NCBI GenBank assembly: GCA_965238075.1
Contig: OZ250173.1
Span: 416,001-480,000, forward strand
Direction: 5' to 3'
Length of the DNA stretch: 64,000 nucleotides
DNA from: Candidatus Entotheonellaceae bacterium
Lineage (GTDB): Bacteria > Tectomicrobia > Entotheonellia > Entotheonellales > Entotheonellaceae
Part shown: piece by piece, positions 38,943-49,189 of the stretch
How positions within the stretch are numbered: position 1 is the first letter of the stretch
Layout of the letters: each line of letters begins with the position of its first letter
Translations under genes and position numbers: made by a program
The notes under the pieces: generated by a model
What the model was told of the DNA's origin: nothing
The model's input: only the letters and a program-made list of their open reading frames with translations
The model's database searches: none

Positions 38943-39947
38943 TCACGCTTCATTTGCCACCGGCCCCTCGACGGCCGATGCCACGGTCCAGGGCCGCGTC
39001 TGTTGGAACTCCGTGCTTCGTAACGAGCAGGGCGCCATTCGGCAGGACACACAATCCTTTGGCTGGCACGGGTCGAGATGGATGATGACGTCGCCCTGCT
39101 CGGGCTGCGAATCATGAATGACCTGCTCGACCTCTTCAATGATCTCGTGGCAGTGTTGCAGGTTCCAATAGCGCGGCAGGGTAAGGTGAAAATCGACGTG
39201 GAGGCGGGCGCCGGAACGCCAGGCGCGCAAGCAGTGTACGTCAATCCAGGGAATCTGGCGGCGCCTCTGCAGGGTCTCAACGATGTGCTCAAGGAGCGAC
39301 GGGTCAGCCTCATCCATCAAACGGGCCACGGCTTCGCGCAAAAGCCGGATTCCCATAATCAGGATGGAGACCGCAACGCCCAAGGCAACGACGGCATCCA
39401 GGATGTACCAGCCGGTAAGCCACACCAGCAGCATGCCCACGAGGATACCGGCACTGGTGTACGAATCTGACAGCAGGTGCTTGCCGTCGGCGATCAGGGC
39501 GAGGGACTGGATGCGGCGTCCGACGTTCTGTAGATACCAGCCGGTCAGGGCATTGACCACGCCGGCGGCCGCAATCAAGGCGATGCCCTCCGACAATTGG
39601 CTGAGGGGCTGTGGTGCCAGCAGGCGCGGCACCGCGTGCCAGAAGATGGCCACCGCGGCGACGACAATGAGCATGCCTTCCAGACCTGCCGAGAAGAATT
39701 CCACCCGGCCATGCCCGTAGGGGTGCGACGAATCCGGGGGGCGGGCACTGAGCATGATGCTGAACAACAGAAAGCCGCTGGCAAAAACGTTCACGATCGA
39801 TTCCAGCGCATCGGACAGCACGGCAGTGGAATCGGTCAGCCAGTAGGCCACAAACTTGACTGCCATGAGTACCACACCCACGCACAGGGCAAGTACCGCA
39901 ATGCGCCGGCTTCGGATTGATTCTGGTAGCTGGTTTGCGTCTTGCAT
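38943..39947 (-). CDS. cation diffusion facilitator transporter
   Basis: SDALES, PPDSSHPYGHGRVE, ADGKHLLSD, C-terminal IHLDPC Cys-rich tail. Confidence 0.9.
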   Translation of the reverse strand: MQDANQLPESIRSRRIAVLALCVGVVLMAVKFVAYWLTDSTAVLSDALESIVNVFASGFLLFSIMLSARPPDSSHPYGHGRVEFFSAGLEGMLIVVAAVAIFWHAVPRLLAPQPLSQLSEGIALIAAAGVVNALTGWYLQNVGRRIQSLALIADGKHLLSDSYTSAGILVGMLLVWLTGWYILDAVVALGVAVSILIMGIRLLREAVARLMDEADPSLLEHIVETLQRRRQIPWIDVHCLRAWRSGARLHVDFHLTLPRYWNLQHCHEIIEEVEQVIHDSQPEQGDVIIHLDPCQPKDCVSCRMAPCSLRSTEFQQTRPWTVASAVEGPVANEA

Positions 39948-40593
39948 GGCAGATCCTCATGATGAAAATAAAGCGACAGATTGTAACACGTCACCGTCGG
40001 GTTGGGGCGGATCGAGCGGCGGGGGCGGAGAAAATGACTTGACCCTTGAGAGAATGCGCCTTGACACGCTTTTTGGCTACGTAGTACATTCTGCCTTCAT
40101 TCTTAAGCCTTCCTGAACAAACAGCATCAAGCTGGCGAGGTACCATGGATACCATGAGCAGTAACAGAGATACAGTTGGGCGCAGTGCTTCGGTGGCGCT
40201 TGCCTCCGGTGCGCAGTTGCGCCGGGTATCGCTGGAGCTCATGGCATCCGACATCCTTCTTTCCTCCCTTCCTTTGCAAAAGCACAATCGCTTTCCGGCT
40301 CACTGAACACCGGAAGCAACCATTCCTGATTTTTATGCGTTCCGTGCATCTGTTTCCGGCTCGACTTTCAATTTCAAGTTGTCTCCCTGCCCCGTATTTG
40401 GCGCGAGACGGGTTGGAACCCGCAACAAACAGGCCATATTGCCGTCGCTTGTGAAAACAACCAGAGGGGTAATCGCTGATGCAGAAAAGCGACGTTTCCG
40501 ATGCCACGTTGCGAGTTGGGAGGCAATCGCCGGGACGGGCATTCAAATGGTTCTGAATAAGCCAGCTACTACTAAATCTGGAGGAAGATCGTC

Positions 40594-42393
40594 ATGGCCA
40601 ACGTGAAGAGCATCAGCAAGCAGAAGCCAAGCTCAATGCCATACAACAAATACGAACCCTATCCGTACGCACCCCCTCTAGCTAATCGGACTTGGCCGGA
40701 CCGCATCATCACCGAGGCGCCTCTCTGGTGCTCGGTCGATCTTCGCGACGGCAATCAGGCGTTGATTGACCCGATGGACGCGCCTCGCAAGAAGCAGATG
40801 TTTGAGGTACTGGTGGAGATGGGGTTCAAAGAAATTGAGATTGGCTTTCCATCCGCCTCAGCCCCGGATTTCGATTTCTGCCGCCTGTTGATCGAGGAGG
40901 ATCTGATTCCAGACGATGTCTGGGTCCAGGTACTCACCCAATCTCGTTCCGAACTCATCTCGCGCAGTTTTGAAGCCCTGAGCGGTTGTGAACGGGCAAT
41001 TATGCATCTGTACAATCCAACGTCGACCCTCCAACGGCGCGTGGTGTACGGTCTTGACCGGGCCGGCATTATCGACCTCGCTGTCACAGGCACCCGCCAG
41101 TGCCGGCTGTTGCGCGAGGCCATGAGCAACACACACGTCCGTTTTGAGTATTCGCCGGAGTCTTTTACCGGCACAGAGATCGACTTCGCAATTGAAATCT
41201 GCGAACGCGTGTCGGAGGAGTGGGGCGCAACGCCTGAAGAGCCGCTCATTCTCAATCTGCCGGCCACGGTGGAGATGTCCACGGCTAATCTGTATGGCGA
41301 CCTCATTGAGTATTTCCATCGCAACATTCGGAATCGCGACGCCATCATTTTGTCGCTGCATCCACACAACGACCGGGGTTGTGGTGTCGCGGCGGCCGAA
41401 TTTGGCCTGATGGCCGGGGCGGACCGCGTCGAAGGGACGCTTTTTGGCAATGGTGAGCGTACGGGTAACGTTGACATCATCACGCTGGCCATGAATCTGT
41501 TTTCCCAAGGCGTCGATCCGGAGCTGGAGATAGACCATATTGATCACTTGCGTCGTGTTGCGGAGTACTGTAACCAGTTGCCCGTTCACCCACGCCATCC
41601 CTACGGAGGGGACTTGGTTTACACCGCGTTTTCGGGCAGCCATCAGGACGCCATCAAGAAGGGCTTCGAGGCTCTCGAAAAAGACTACACACTGTGGCAG
41701 GTTCCCTATCTGCCAATTGACCCCGCTCACGTAGGAAGGACCTACCAGGACGTGATCCGGGTCAACAGCCAATCGGGCAAGGGTGGTGTGGCCTACGTAT
41801 TGAAGAACAGTTATGGCCTTAATCTGCCGCGACGATTACAAGTGGAATTCAGTCAGATCATTCAGTCGATCACCGATGAAGGTGGCGAGATTCTGCCGGA
41901 AAGGATCAAAGCGACATTTGACGAGACCTATCTGCATACCGAGAGTCCTTTGACGTATCTGGGACATCGCAGCAATTTTGACTCGTCGAACTCGTCGGAT
42001 AGCGAGGTCACCGCACGGGTGCGGCTGAACGGTTCCGAGATCGAAGTCTCAGGGTCAGGGAACGGACCTTTGTCGGCGTTCAAAAATGCCCTTGAGACTC
42101 AATGCGGGATTAACGTCCATCTGGTCGACTATCAGGAACATGCGGTTGGCGCCGGCGCCGGTGCGAGGGCGGCAGCCTACGTTGAGATCGAGACCCCGGA
42201 CCAACGGGTTCGCTGGGGTGCCGGGATCGATTCCAATATCGTGACGGCGAGTTTCCAAGCCCTGATTTCAGCGATCAATCGTGCCGCAGATACGCACTCG
42301 CTTAAGCCCGGCGCTATGCATAATCGAGTACAGGCCGACGCCTCGCCGTTCGGAGAAACGCATGACCGAAAAACCTTCGCCCGCCATTGCTGA
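40594..42393 (+). CDS. leuA: 2-isopropylmalate synthase (actinobacterial/yeast type)
   Basis: RTWPDR, WCSVDLRDGNQAL, EYSPESF, NLPATVEM, HPHNDRG, AFSGSHQDAIKKG, IRVNSQSGKGG, regulatory domain GNGP. Confidence 0.95.
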   Translation: MANVKSISKQKPSSMPYNKYEPYPYAPPLANRTWPDRIITEAPLWCSVDLRDGNQALIDPMDAPRKKQMFEVLVEMGFKEIEIGFPSASAPDFDFCRLLIEEDLIPDDVWVQVLTQSRSELISRSFEALSGCERAIMHLYNPTSTLQRRVVYGLDRAGIIDLAVTGTRQCRLLREAMSNTHVRFEYSPESFTGTEIDFAIEICERVSEEWGATPEEPLILNLPATVEMSTANLYGDLIEYFHRNIRNRDAIILSLHPHNDRGCGVAAAEFGLMAGADRVEGTLFGNGERTGNVDIITLAMNLFSQGVDPELEIDHIDHLRRVAEYCNQLPVHPRHPYGGDLVYTAFSGSHQDAIKKGFEALEKDYTLWQVPYLPIDPAHVGRTYQDVIRVNSQSGKGGVAYVLKNSYGLNLPRRLQVEFSQIIQSITDEGGEILPERIKATFDETYLHTESPLTYLGHRSNFDSSNSSDSEVTARVRLNGSEIEVSGSGNGPLSAFKNALETQCGINVHLVDYQEHAVGAGAGARAAAYVEIETPDQRVRWGAGIDSNIVTASFQALISAINRAADTHSLKPGAMHNRVQADASPFGETHDRKTFARHC

Positions 42394-43042
42394 GCGGCTT
42401 TCGCAGGAGGAAGTAGCGGCGTTTTTCCGCCTTCACCTGCAGATCCACGGCCCGAATTGGCGGGGACTCGGTTGGCAGAGTCAGCGCAGCCAGCAGCGGC
42501 GCTTCGCTGTCCTGTCTGAGGTCGGCCCGTTAGCGAACGCCCACGTGCTGGACATCGGCTGCGGCGTGGGCGATCTCTACAAGTACCTGCTGCGGCGACG
42601 CATTCCGGTGAATTACACGGGCTTCGATATTTTGCCTGAGATGGTCGCCCATGCTCGCACGCGCTACCCGGAAGCGCAGTTTGAGGTGCGGGACGCGCTG
42701 CAAGGACTAGGTTCCCAGCAGTTTGATTACGTCCTGTGTTCCGGGGCGTTCAACGTCAATTTCGGGCGCAATCTGGAAGCGGCGCAGGAAGTCCTCAACG
42801 AGTTGCTGCGTTGCAGCACCCGCGGCGTGGCGATCAATTTCCTCAGCACGCGGGCACGCGAACGAGATGCCATCCTGTTTAACTACGATCCTGAAGTGTT
42901 GTTTACATACTGCCAAACCCTCACCCCGCATGTGAAGTTGCTGGAGGGGTATTTGCCGAATGATTTCACGCTGTATCTTTATCCTGAGCGCAGTGACAAA
43001 ATCCAGCGTGCTGAACCTGTCCTGGAAAGGAGCCCATCGTGA
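42362..43042 (+). CDS. class I SAM-dependent methyltransferase
   Basis: GWQS..SQQRRF, VLDIGCGVG, YTGFDI, FDYVLCSGAFN; GGAG RBS. Confidence 0.85.
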   Translation: MTEKPSPAIAERLSQEEVAAFFRLHLQIHGPNWRGLGWQSQRSQQRRFAVLSEVGPLANAHVLDIGCGVGDLYKYLLRRRIPVNYTGFDILPEMVAHARTRYPEAQFEVRDALQGLGSQQFDYVLCSGAFNVNFGRNLEAAQEVLNELLRCSTRGVAINFLSTRARERDAILFNYDPEVLFTYCQTLTPHVKLLEGYLPNDFTLYLYPERSDKIQRAEPVLERSPS

Positions 43043-43656
43043 TTTATGAAGTCCGTACGTACGACCTGAAACCGGGGTCGGTCGCCCAGTGGGAGGGCCA
43101 TTTCGAGGCGGCCTTACCCAACCGCGTGAAGTATTCGGAGTTGGCGGCGCTGTGGCACACGGATATCGGGCCGTTGAATGAGGTGATCCACGTGTGGCCG
43201 TATGAGAACCTGGAGCAGCGGACGGAGGTCCGCGCCAAGGCTGCGCAGGAGCCGGGCTGGCCGCCCAAGGGTGGCGAACTGCTGTTGTCGATGGAATCCC
43301 AGATCTGGACGCCGGCGCCTTTTTCACCGGCCCTTGGCGGCAACCGGAAACTGGGCAATGTCTACGAGATGCGTATCTACGAATACCAGCCGGGGTCGAT
43401 GCCCAAGGTGCTGGCGGCGTGGGAAAAGTCACTGCCCAAGCGTGTTGAACTGTCGCCGATTGCCGGCTGCATGTACACCGACATTGGTGGCCTCAATTTG
43501 TGGATGCACATTTGGCCATACGCCGACCTTAGCGAGCGCGACCGCATCCGGGCGGCCTCGATGCAATTGGCCGATTGGCCGCCGCAGACGCGCGAGTGGC
43601 TAGTCAACATGCAGAACAAGATTGTCGTGCCGGCGGCGTGTTCGCCCATGGCATGA
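43039..43656 (+). CDS. NIPSNAP family protein (two domains)
   Basis: IYEVRTYDLKPG..HVWPYENLEQR repeated as VYEMRIYEYQPG..HIWPYADLSER. Confidence 0.9.
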   Translation: MIYEVRTYDLKPGSVAQWEGHFEAALPNRVKYSELAALWHTDIGPLNEVIHVWPYENLEQRTEVRAKAAQEPGWPPKGGELLLSMESQIWTPAPFSPALGGNRKLGNVYEMRIYEYQPGSMPKVLAAWEKSLPKRVELSPIAGCMYTDIGGLNLWMHIWPYADLSERDRIRAASMQLADWPPQTREWLVNMQNKIVVPAACSPMA

Positions 43657-43707
43657 GGTTGCCTGCGGGACCGACTCAGGTTGAAATCCGTCGGTCCCCA
43701 TGCGTCC

Positions 43708-43736
43708 TTGACAAGCTGGGTGTATCCGAATAGATT
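43708..43736 (+). promoter_or_regulatory. sigma70-type promoter
   Basis: TTGACA-17 nt-TAGATT upstream of the FmdB-like gene. Confidence 0.55.
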
Positions 43737-43832
43737 ACAGCCTGGATAGTGGTAATGCCTTACAATTCAAACGGATCAGTGTCACACGCCATGTCTTGTT
43801 CGGGAGTTTGAGGAGAGGGAGGGAATCTTTCA

Positions 43833-44186
43833 ATGCCGATTTACGAGTATCGTTGCCAAGATTGCAATCACGAATTCGAACGGATGCAGAAATTTTCAGA
43901 CCCCCCGATTGGGGCCTGCCCGACCTGCTCCGGCTCGGTGCAGAAGCTCATCTCGCGGTCTGCATTTCATCTCAAGGGTAGTGGCTGGTACGTGACCGAC
44001 TATGGGCGTAACGGTGGCGAGAAAAGCGAATCGTCAGAGTCAGAAAAGAGCACGACAGAGAGCACAACAAGCGACAAGAGTACGTCCGAAAAGAGTGACG
44101 GCAAGGCCGCGACAGCAAGTGCGCCATCGGGAAGCAGCAGCGAATCCGCCAAGAAAAAATCGTCAGGAACAACTGCTGCAGCGTAG
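43833..44186 (+). CDS. FmdB-family zinc-ribbon protein
   Basis: MPIYEYRCQDC..CPTC..FHLKGSGWYVTDY, S/K-rich tail. Confidence 0.9.
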   Translation: MPIYEYRCQDCNHEFERMQKFSDPPIGACPTCSGSVQKLISRSAFHLKGSGWYVTDYGRNGGEKSESSESEKSTTESTTSDKSTSEKSDGKAATASAPSGSSSESAKKKSSGTTAAA

Positions 44187-44212
44187 CGTTTCGCAACAAC
44201 CCATCCCGCCTT

Positions 44213-44488
44213 TTACAAACGCTGCCCGGCGCCTCGTGAACGGATGCTGACGCTGAAGAGGGGCTTTTCACGCGACGCGAAAATGTTTTTGAATTGTTGC
44301 TTCGAGAAACCCTCCTCGCTTCCAGGACGCCGCCGATAATGCAGTTCCAATTGGCGTCCATTCTTACCTAAGCCGCGAACAACAATCTTCTCCTCCACGA
44401 TCCGAATCTGAAAGGTGCCGTATTGCACCTCCTCGCCGCGGGCCAAATGGCGGAACATGTTTTGCGTCAACGCCGTGTATTTCTTCAT
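44213..44488 (-). CDS. hypothetical basic protein (91 aa)
   Basis: Strong GAGGAGG RBS, protein-like composition, downstream of trkA. Confidence 0.55.
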   Translation of the reverse strand: MKKYTALTQNMFRHLARGEEVQYGTFQIRIVEEKIVVRGLGKNGRQLELHYRRRPGSEEGFSKQQFKNIFASREKPLFSVSIRSRGAGQRL

Positions 44489-44561
44489 CTTGACCTCCTC
44501 GAATATCTTGAACGCCGGGGGCAGAAATACGAGAGCCCCGTGGATGGACCAGCGTCGTCAA

Positions 44562-45917
44562 TTAAGCGCCGAATAGCTTGGCTGCCTGCGGCACAGCGGC
44601 GGGCAGGGCAAACACGATGACCCGGTCGTTCTCCTGGATCACGGTGTCACCGCGCGGAATGACGATTTCGTCGCCATGGGCCACCGCCCCAACCAAAACG
44701 CCGGAGGGCATCCTGACCTTGTATAGAGGCTTGCCAACGATCTTGGCACGCCGGGCAGCGACCAACTCTAGCGTTTCGGCCTCCGTGTTGATGGACGTGA
44801 ACACCGACAGCACCTGCCCGCGGCGCAAATGGCGAAGAATCGCCCCCGCCGTGATCAGGCGCGGCGAGATCGCCGCGTCGATACCCAAAGCGGCAACCAG
44901 CGGCACGAGATCCGGCCGTTTGATGAGGGTGACGACGCCCCGCGCACCATTGGTTTTGGCCAACAAGGCCGCGATGAGATTGGTGCCTTCATCGTTCGTC
45001 ACCGCAATCACCGCATCCATGTCCGTGACGCCTTCCTCCCGCAACAATTTCAGGTCCGTCGCGTTGCCATGCAGCACCAAGGTATTCGGCAATCGGCTGG
45101 CCAGCATCTGACACCGTGCGGGGTCCTGCTCCAACAACCGTACGTCATAGTCCGTCTCATCCTGCTCCAGCATATGCGCCACGTTGTAACCCACTCGCCC
45201 GCCGCCGATGATGAACACCTTGCGGGCCGGGTGTGACACGATGCCCAACAAATGCAGGTTGTCCCGGAGGAGGTCGCTCTGGCCGATAACGAGCAAATGA
45301 TCATCGGCCTCAATCATCGTGTTGCCGGTCGGGATTAACGTTTCTCGTCCGCGTTGTATCGCCGCAATGAGAAAGGGCGCTGGCCCATCGCCGATACCGG
45401 GGATGTCCCGGAGCCGATGGCGGACGATCGGTGCCAATTTCTGCACCCGGAAAACCAAGAGCTTCACGCGGCCTTCGAGAAAGTCGGCAGCTTCCTCCGC
45501 GCCCGGCGCCTTGATCAGTCGACAGACTTCCTCCGCCACGGCCTGACTCGGATTGATCAGGAGATCAATGCCGATGTGCTTGCCGGCTTGCATGAGCGCC
45601 GTCTCGCGAAAATCCGGCTCGTTGATGCGCGCAATGCAGCTGGGCACCCCGGATTGACGGGCCAGAAGGCACGCAACCAGATTGACCTCGTCCGAGCTGG
45701 TGACGGCGATCAACATGTCCGTGCGGTCGATCTCAGCGTCCTCCAGCACCTGCGGGCTTGCCGCGTGACCCCGGAAGGCCAGGACGTCCAACTCCTCTTT
45801 CACCCGTTCGATAAGCTCGGGCGAGTGATCAATGACAACCACATCGTGCTGCTCGCGGATCAGACGGCTGGCAACGTGGTAGCCGACCTCCCCCGCTCCA
45901 AGGACGATGATGCGCAC
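44562..45917 (-). CDS. trkA: Trk system potassium uptake regulator TrkA
   Basis: Two RCK-N domains (GAGEVG, GGGRVG), AVTSSDEVN, two RCK-C domains. Confidence 0.92.
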   Translation of the reverse strand: MRIIVLGAGEVGYHVASRLIREQHDVVVIDHSPELIERVKEELDVLAFRGHAASPQVLEDAEIDRTDMLIAVTSSDEVNLVACLLARQSGVPSCIARINEPDFRETALMQAGKHIGIDLLINPSQAVAEEVCRLIKAPGAEEAADFLEGRVKLLVFRVQKLAPIVRHRLRDIPGIGDGPAPFLIAAIQRGRETLIPTGNTMIEADDHLLVIGQSDLLRDNLHLLGIVSHPARKVFIIGGGRVGYNVAHMLEQDETDYDVRLLEQDPARCQMLASRLPNTLVLHGNATDLKLLREEGVTDMDAVIAVTNDEGTNLIAALLAKTNGARGVVTLIKRPDLVPLVAALGIDAAISPRLITAGAILRHLRRGQVLSVFTSINTEAETLELVAARRAKIVGKPLYKVRMPSGVLVGAVAHGDEIVIPRGDTVIQENDRVIVFALPAAVPQAAKLFGA

Positions 45918-46280
45918 AATGATGTCCCTTCTGTGTTATTGACTGGCTGGCCGAAGCCCAAGGTTTTGCTGATTGATGCAGCGCGGACGGCGCCAAGTTT
46001 AGTGTCTGCTAACTCTCGCACGGCAGGGATGGGAAGGAGTTGTAACAACACCCTCGGTCAGGTGTCAAGGGCATAAAATGCTCGTCGTCTCTTCAGGGTT
46101 GACACGACGCGCGGAAGGTCGATAATCGGCCCAACGTAGCCTGAGCGGCATACCAGAATTCACGGGGATGAGCAGTCCGGCTCATCGTTTCCTGAACATC
46201 AATTGCCTGCGTAGAATTCGCCGATCCCCAGCCGATGGTGGCAAGGTCCGGGGGCTTGGCTGGCGCTGGGAGTGCACACG

Positions 46281-47270
46281 ATGAAGGTGATGCAGATTGG
46301 CTTGGGCTCCATAGGTAAGGCGGTTACCCGGCTGCTGCTCACGAAGCCCGGCTGGCAAATTGCCGCAGCTTTTGACATTGACCCAGCCAAGCAAGGACGA
46401 GATCTCGGCGAAGTTGTCGAGATCGATCAACGGCTTCGTATTCCGGTGCGCGGAGATTTTCTGGATTTTCAACAGTACAACGACGTTGACGTCGCCTTGC
46501 TGACCACCGTCTCCACCCTTCCCGAAATTCTGCCTACCCTGCACGCCCTGATGGAGCGAGGTATCAATATTGTCGCCTCTGCTGAAGAATTGTTCTATCC
46601 GCACTACCGCTACCCCGATGAAGCCCGCCGGCTCGATGAAATGGCCAAAAAACACGGTGTTTCCATCCTGGGCACGGGTGTGACGCCGGGCTTCGTCATG
46701 GACACGCTGGTGCTGATGCTCACGGGAATGTGCCAGCAGATCAACCGCTTGGCGGTTACACGAGTGGTCAATGCGTCGGGAAGCCGCCCCTCGCTGCAAC
46801 AGAAAATCGGCATCGGGCTGACGAAGGACAGTTTTGCCGAACAGGAGGCGCAGCACCGTGTGGGCGTGGTCGGCCTGGTCGATTCGCTGGCCTTCCTGGC
46901 GCACGTCCTCCAATGGCCAATGGACGATTTCAAAGAACGGCTCGTGCCCGTCATCACCGACAGACCCCTGCGCGTAGGACGCCAACAGCTAAAACCGCAA
47001 CAGGTTTGCGGGGTGCGCTACGTCGTCAAGGGCATCAGCCACGGCAAGGAGGTCATTTCCTTTGACCTGCGAACCTACCTCGAGGCCGACAACGCCCGCA
47101 ACACGATCTATATTGAAGGGACGCCGTCGCTGGAAATGACGATCAAGAGCAACGACATGGGAGACTCCGCGACGGCAGGCCTCCTCGTTAATATGAGCCC
47201 CGACGTGCACCAGGCGCAGCCCGGATTGCTCACCGCCCTTGACCTACCCCTGCCGCATTTTCAGCGCTAA
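46281..47270 (+). CDS. NAD(P)-dependent amine/diaminopentanoate dehydrogenase (DapB-like) family
   Basis: GLGSIG, NIVASAEEL.YP, LGTGVTPGFVMD, LQQKIGIG, GDSATA, PGLLT; TTGACA-16-GATAAT promoter at 46099-46126. Confidence 0.78.
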   Translation: MKVMQIGLGSIGKAVTRLLLTKPGWQIAAAFDIDPAKQGRDLGEVVEIDQRLRIPVRGDFLDFQQYNDVDVALLTTVSTLPEILPTLHALMERGINIVASAEELFYPHYRYPDEARRLDEMAKKHGVSILGTGVTPGFVMDTLVLMLTGMCQQINRLAVTRVVNASGSRPSLQQKIGIGLTKDSFAEQEAQHRVGVVGLVDSLAFLAHVLQWPMDDFKERLVPVITDRPLRVGRQQLKPQQVCGVRYVVKGISHGKEVISFDLRTYLEADNARNTIYIEGTPSLEMTIKSNDMGDSATAGLLVNMSPDVHQAQPGLLTALDLPLPHFQR

Positions 47271-47336
47271 GGATTCGCCACGGCTATTCCCCAGACTAAC
47301 GCACCTACCGACCCTGCGAACGGGCAGACGGGCGGG

Positions 47337-48437
47337 GTGCTGCCGCTGCAAAAGCTACGCGACGCCTTCGAGGCGGGCTGGATTACGGCCCCGACTCCGG
47401 GCATCGAGGCCGAGCAATTGCAGCCGGCCAGCCTGGATCTGCGGCTAGGGCGGGTCGCGTACCGCATCCGAAGCAGCTTTCTGCCCGGACGGGAGACCGT
47501 GGCCGAGAAGCTCGCCTACCTGACGATGTACGAATTACCCCTCACACCGGCGGCAATCCTGGAACGCGGCCACGTCTATCTCATCCCCTTGCTCGAAGAG
47601 CTGGCGCTGCCGAACCATGTGCACGCCAAAGCCAATCCGAAGAGCTCCACCGGGCGGCTGGACGTGTTCACCCGTGTTATCACCGACGCCAACCAGCGCT
47701 TTGACGACATACGCCCCGGCTATCGCGGCCGGCTCTATCTGGAGATCTTTCCGCGCTCGTTTACGATCAAGGTCTGTCACGGCTTGTCACTGAATCAACT
47801 GCGGTTGTTCAGCGGCACCGGGGCTCTGGACAACAACGGCCTGTCCCGCCTGTATCAGGCGGAACCTCTGCTGTACAGCGACGATGATCGGCCGCTGCCG
47901 CTGAGCGACGTGAATGTGGACGGCGGGCTGTTCATGGGGGTGGAAACGGCGCGTCGCGACGGCGACATCATCGGCTATAAGGCGCGGAAAAACAGCGACA
48001 TCATCGACTTGGCTCAGGTCGGCTTCTACGAGCCATCGGATTTCTGGGAACCAATCCGCTGCGTGTCGCAACGCCCGCTGATCCTGGAACCGGAGGAATT
48101 CTACATCCTGGCCTCCAAAGAAAAGGTGCGGGTGCCGCCCAATTATGCGGCCGAATTGATGGCGTACGACGCCGGCTCAGGGGAACTGCGAACCCATTAT
48201 GCCGGTTTCTTCGACCCTGGCTTCGGCTATGGCAGCGACGCGCACCGAGGCGCCAAGGCCGTTCTGGAAGTGCGGCCGCACGACGTGCCGTTTCTCATCG
48301 AGGACGGACAACTCTTCTGCAAGCTCTGCCTGGAGCGCACCACCGAAACGCCGGAAATTACGTATGGCGAGAGGCTGGCGTCACACTACCAAGGCCAAGC
48401 CCTGAAGCTCAGCAAACAGTTTCGCCCTTGGCTCTGA
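47337..48437 (+). CDS. dcd: dCTP deaminase (long alphaproteobacterial type)
   Basis: QPASLDLRLG, SFLPG, ANPKSSTGRLDVFTR, GELRTHYAGFFDPGFG, YQGQALKLSKQF; true start may be upstream (see findings). Confidence 0.9.
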   Translation: MLPLQKLRDAFEAGWITAPTPGIEAEQLQPASLDLRLGRVAYRIRSSFLPGRETVAEKLAYLTMYELPLTPAAILERGHVYLIPLLEELALPNHVHAKANPKSSTGRLDVFTRVITDANQRFDDIRPGYRGRLYLEIFPRSFTIKVCHGLSLNQLRLFSGTGALDNNGLSRLYQAEPLLYSDDDRPLPLSDVNVDGGLFMGVETARRDGDIIGYKARKNSDIIDLAQVGFYEPSDFWEPIRCVSQRPLILEPEEFYILASKEKVRVPPNYAAELMAYDAGSGELRTHYAGFFDPGFGYGSDAHRGAKAVLEVRPHDVPFLIEDGQLFCKLCLERTTETPEITYGERLASHYQGQALKLSKQFRPWL

Positions 48438-48477
48438 GGCGGCATCGGGATGGAATCGGCAGGCAGCGGCGCGCGTT

Positions 48478-48506
48478 TTGACATCATTTGGTGCGCTGAG
48501 TAGAAT
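48478..48506 (+). promoter_or_regulatory. sigma70-type promoter for moaD-moaE
   Basis: TTGACA-17 nt-TAGAAT. Confidence 0.65.
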
Positions 48507-48524
48507 CGCGTCGAGGAAAAATAC

Positions 48525-48800
48525 ATGCATGTCACGGTGATATTGTTCGCCCAGTTACGGGAAAAAGCCGGCACCGGCATCCTGGCTCTCGACCTGCCCC
48601 ATGGGGCGGATTTGAAGCAGGCGGCTGAGGCCATACGGCATCAACAACCCGCCCTGGAGCCTTATCTGGACAACCTGCGCTTTTCTCTCCATATGGACTT
48701 CGTTGAAGCAGATACGACCCTGCACGAGGGCGACGAAGTCGTTCTCATCCCGCCTGTGAGTGGAGGATACGGATGTTCCGCGTCACGACAGAACCCTTAG
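48525..48800 (+). CDS. moaD: molybdopterin synthase sulfur carrier MoaD with 10-aa extension after GG
   Basis: VILFAQLREKAG, LHEGDEVVLIPPVSGG. Confidence 0.85.
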   Translation: MHVTVILFAQLREKAGTGILALDLPHGADLKQAAEAIRHQQPALEPYLDNLRFSLHMDFVEADTTLHEGDEVVLIPPVSGGYGCSASRQNP

Positions 48801-49183
48801 ACGTGCAACAAGTCCACAACCTCGTCAAAAGTCCTGCCGACGGCGCGGTCGTCACCTTTGACGGCATTGTGCGCAACAATTTTGGCGGACGGGAGGTGCG
48901 TTATCTGGAGTACGAAGCCTACGCGGCCATGGCGGAGAAAAAAATGGCCGAAATCGCCGCGGAGGTGCAGAACAAATTCGCGGTAGGCAACATTGCCATG
49001 GTGCATCGTATCGGGCGGCTGGAAATCGGCGAAAGCAGTATCCTGATCGCCATTGCGGCGCCCCACCGTCAGCCCGCCTTCGAGGCGTGCGCGCATGCCA
49101 TGGATCGTGTCAAGGAAGAAGTGCCGGTGTGGAAAAAAGAGTTCTTCGCCGACGGCGAGTCCCATTGGGTGCAACCAAACTGA
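48773..49183 (+). CDS. moaE: molybdopterin synthase catalytic subunit
   Basis: GAVVTFDGIVR, LEYEAY, HRIGRL, APHR, VPVWKKE. Confidence 0.93.
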   Translation: MFRVTTEPLDVQQVHNLVKSPADGAVVTFDGIVRNNFGGREVRYLEYEAYAAMAEKKMAEIAAEVQNKFAVGNIAMVHRIGRLEIGESSILIAIAAPHRQPAFEACAHAMDRVKEEVPVWKKEFFADGESHWVQPN

Positions 49184-49189
49184 AGCGGT

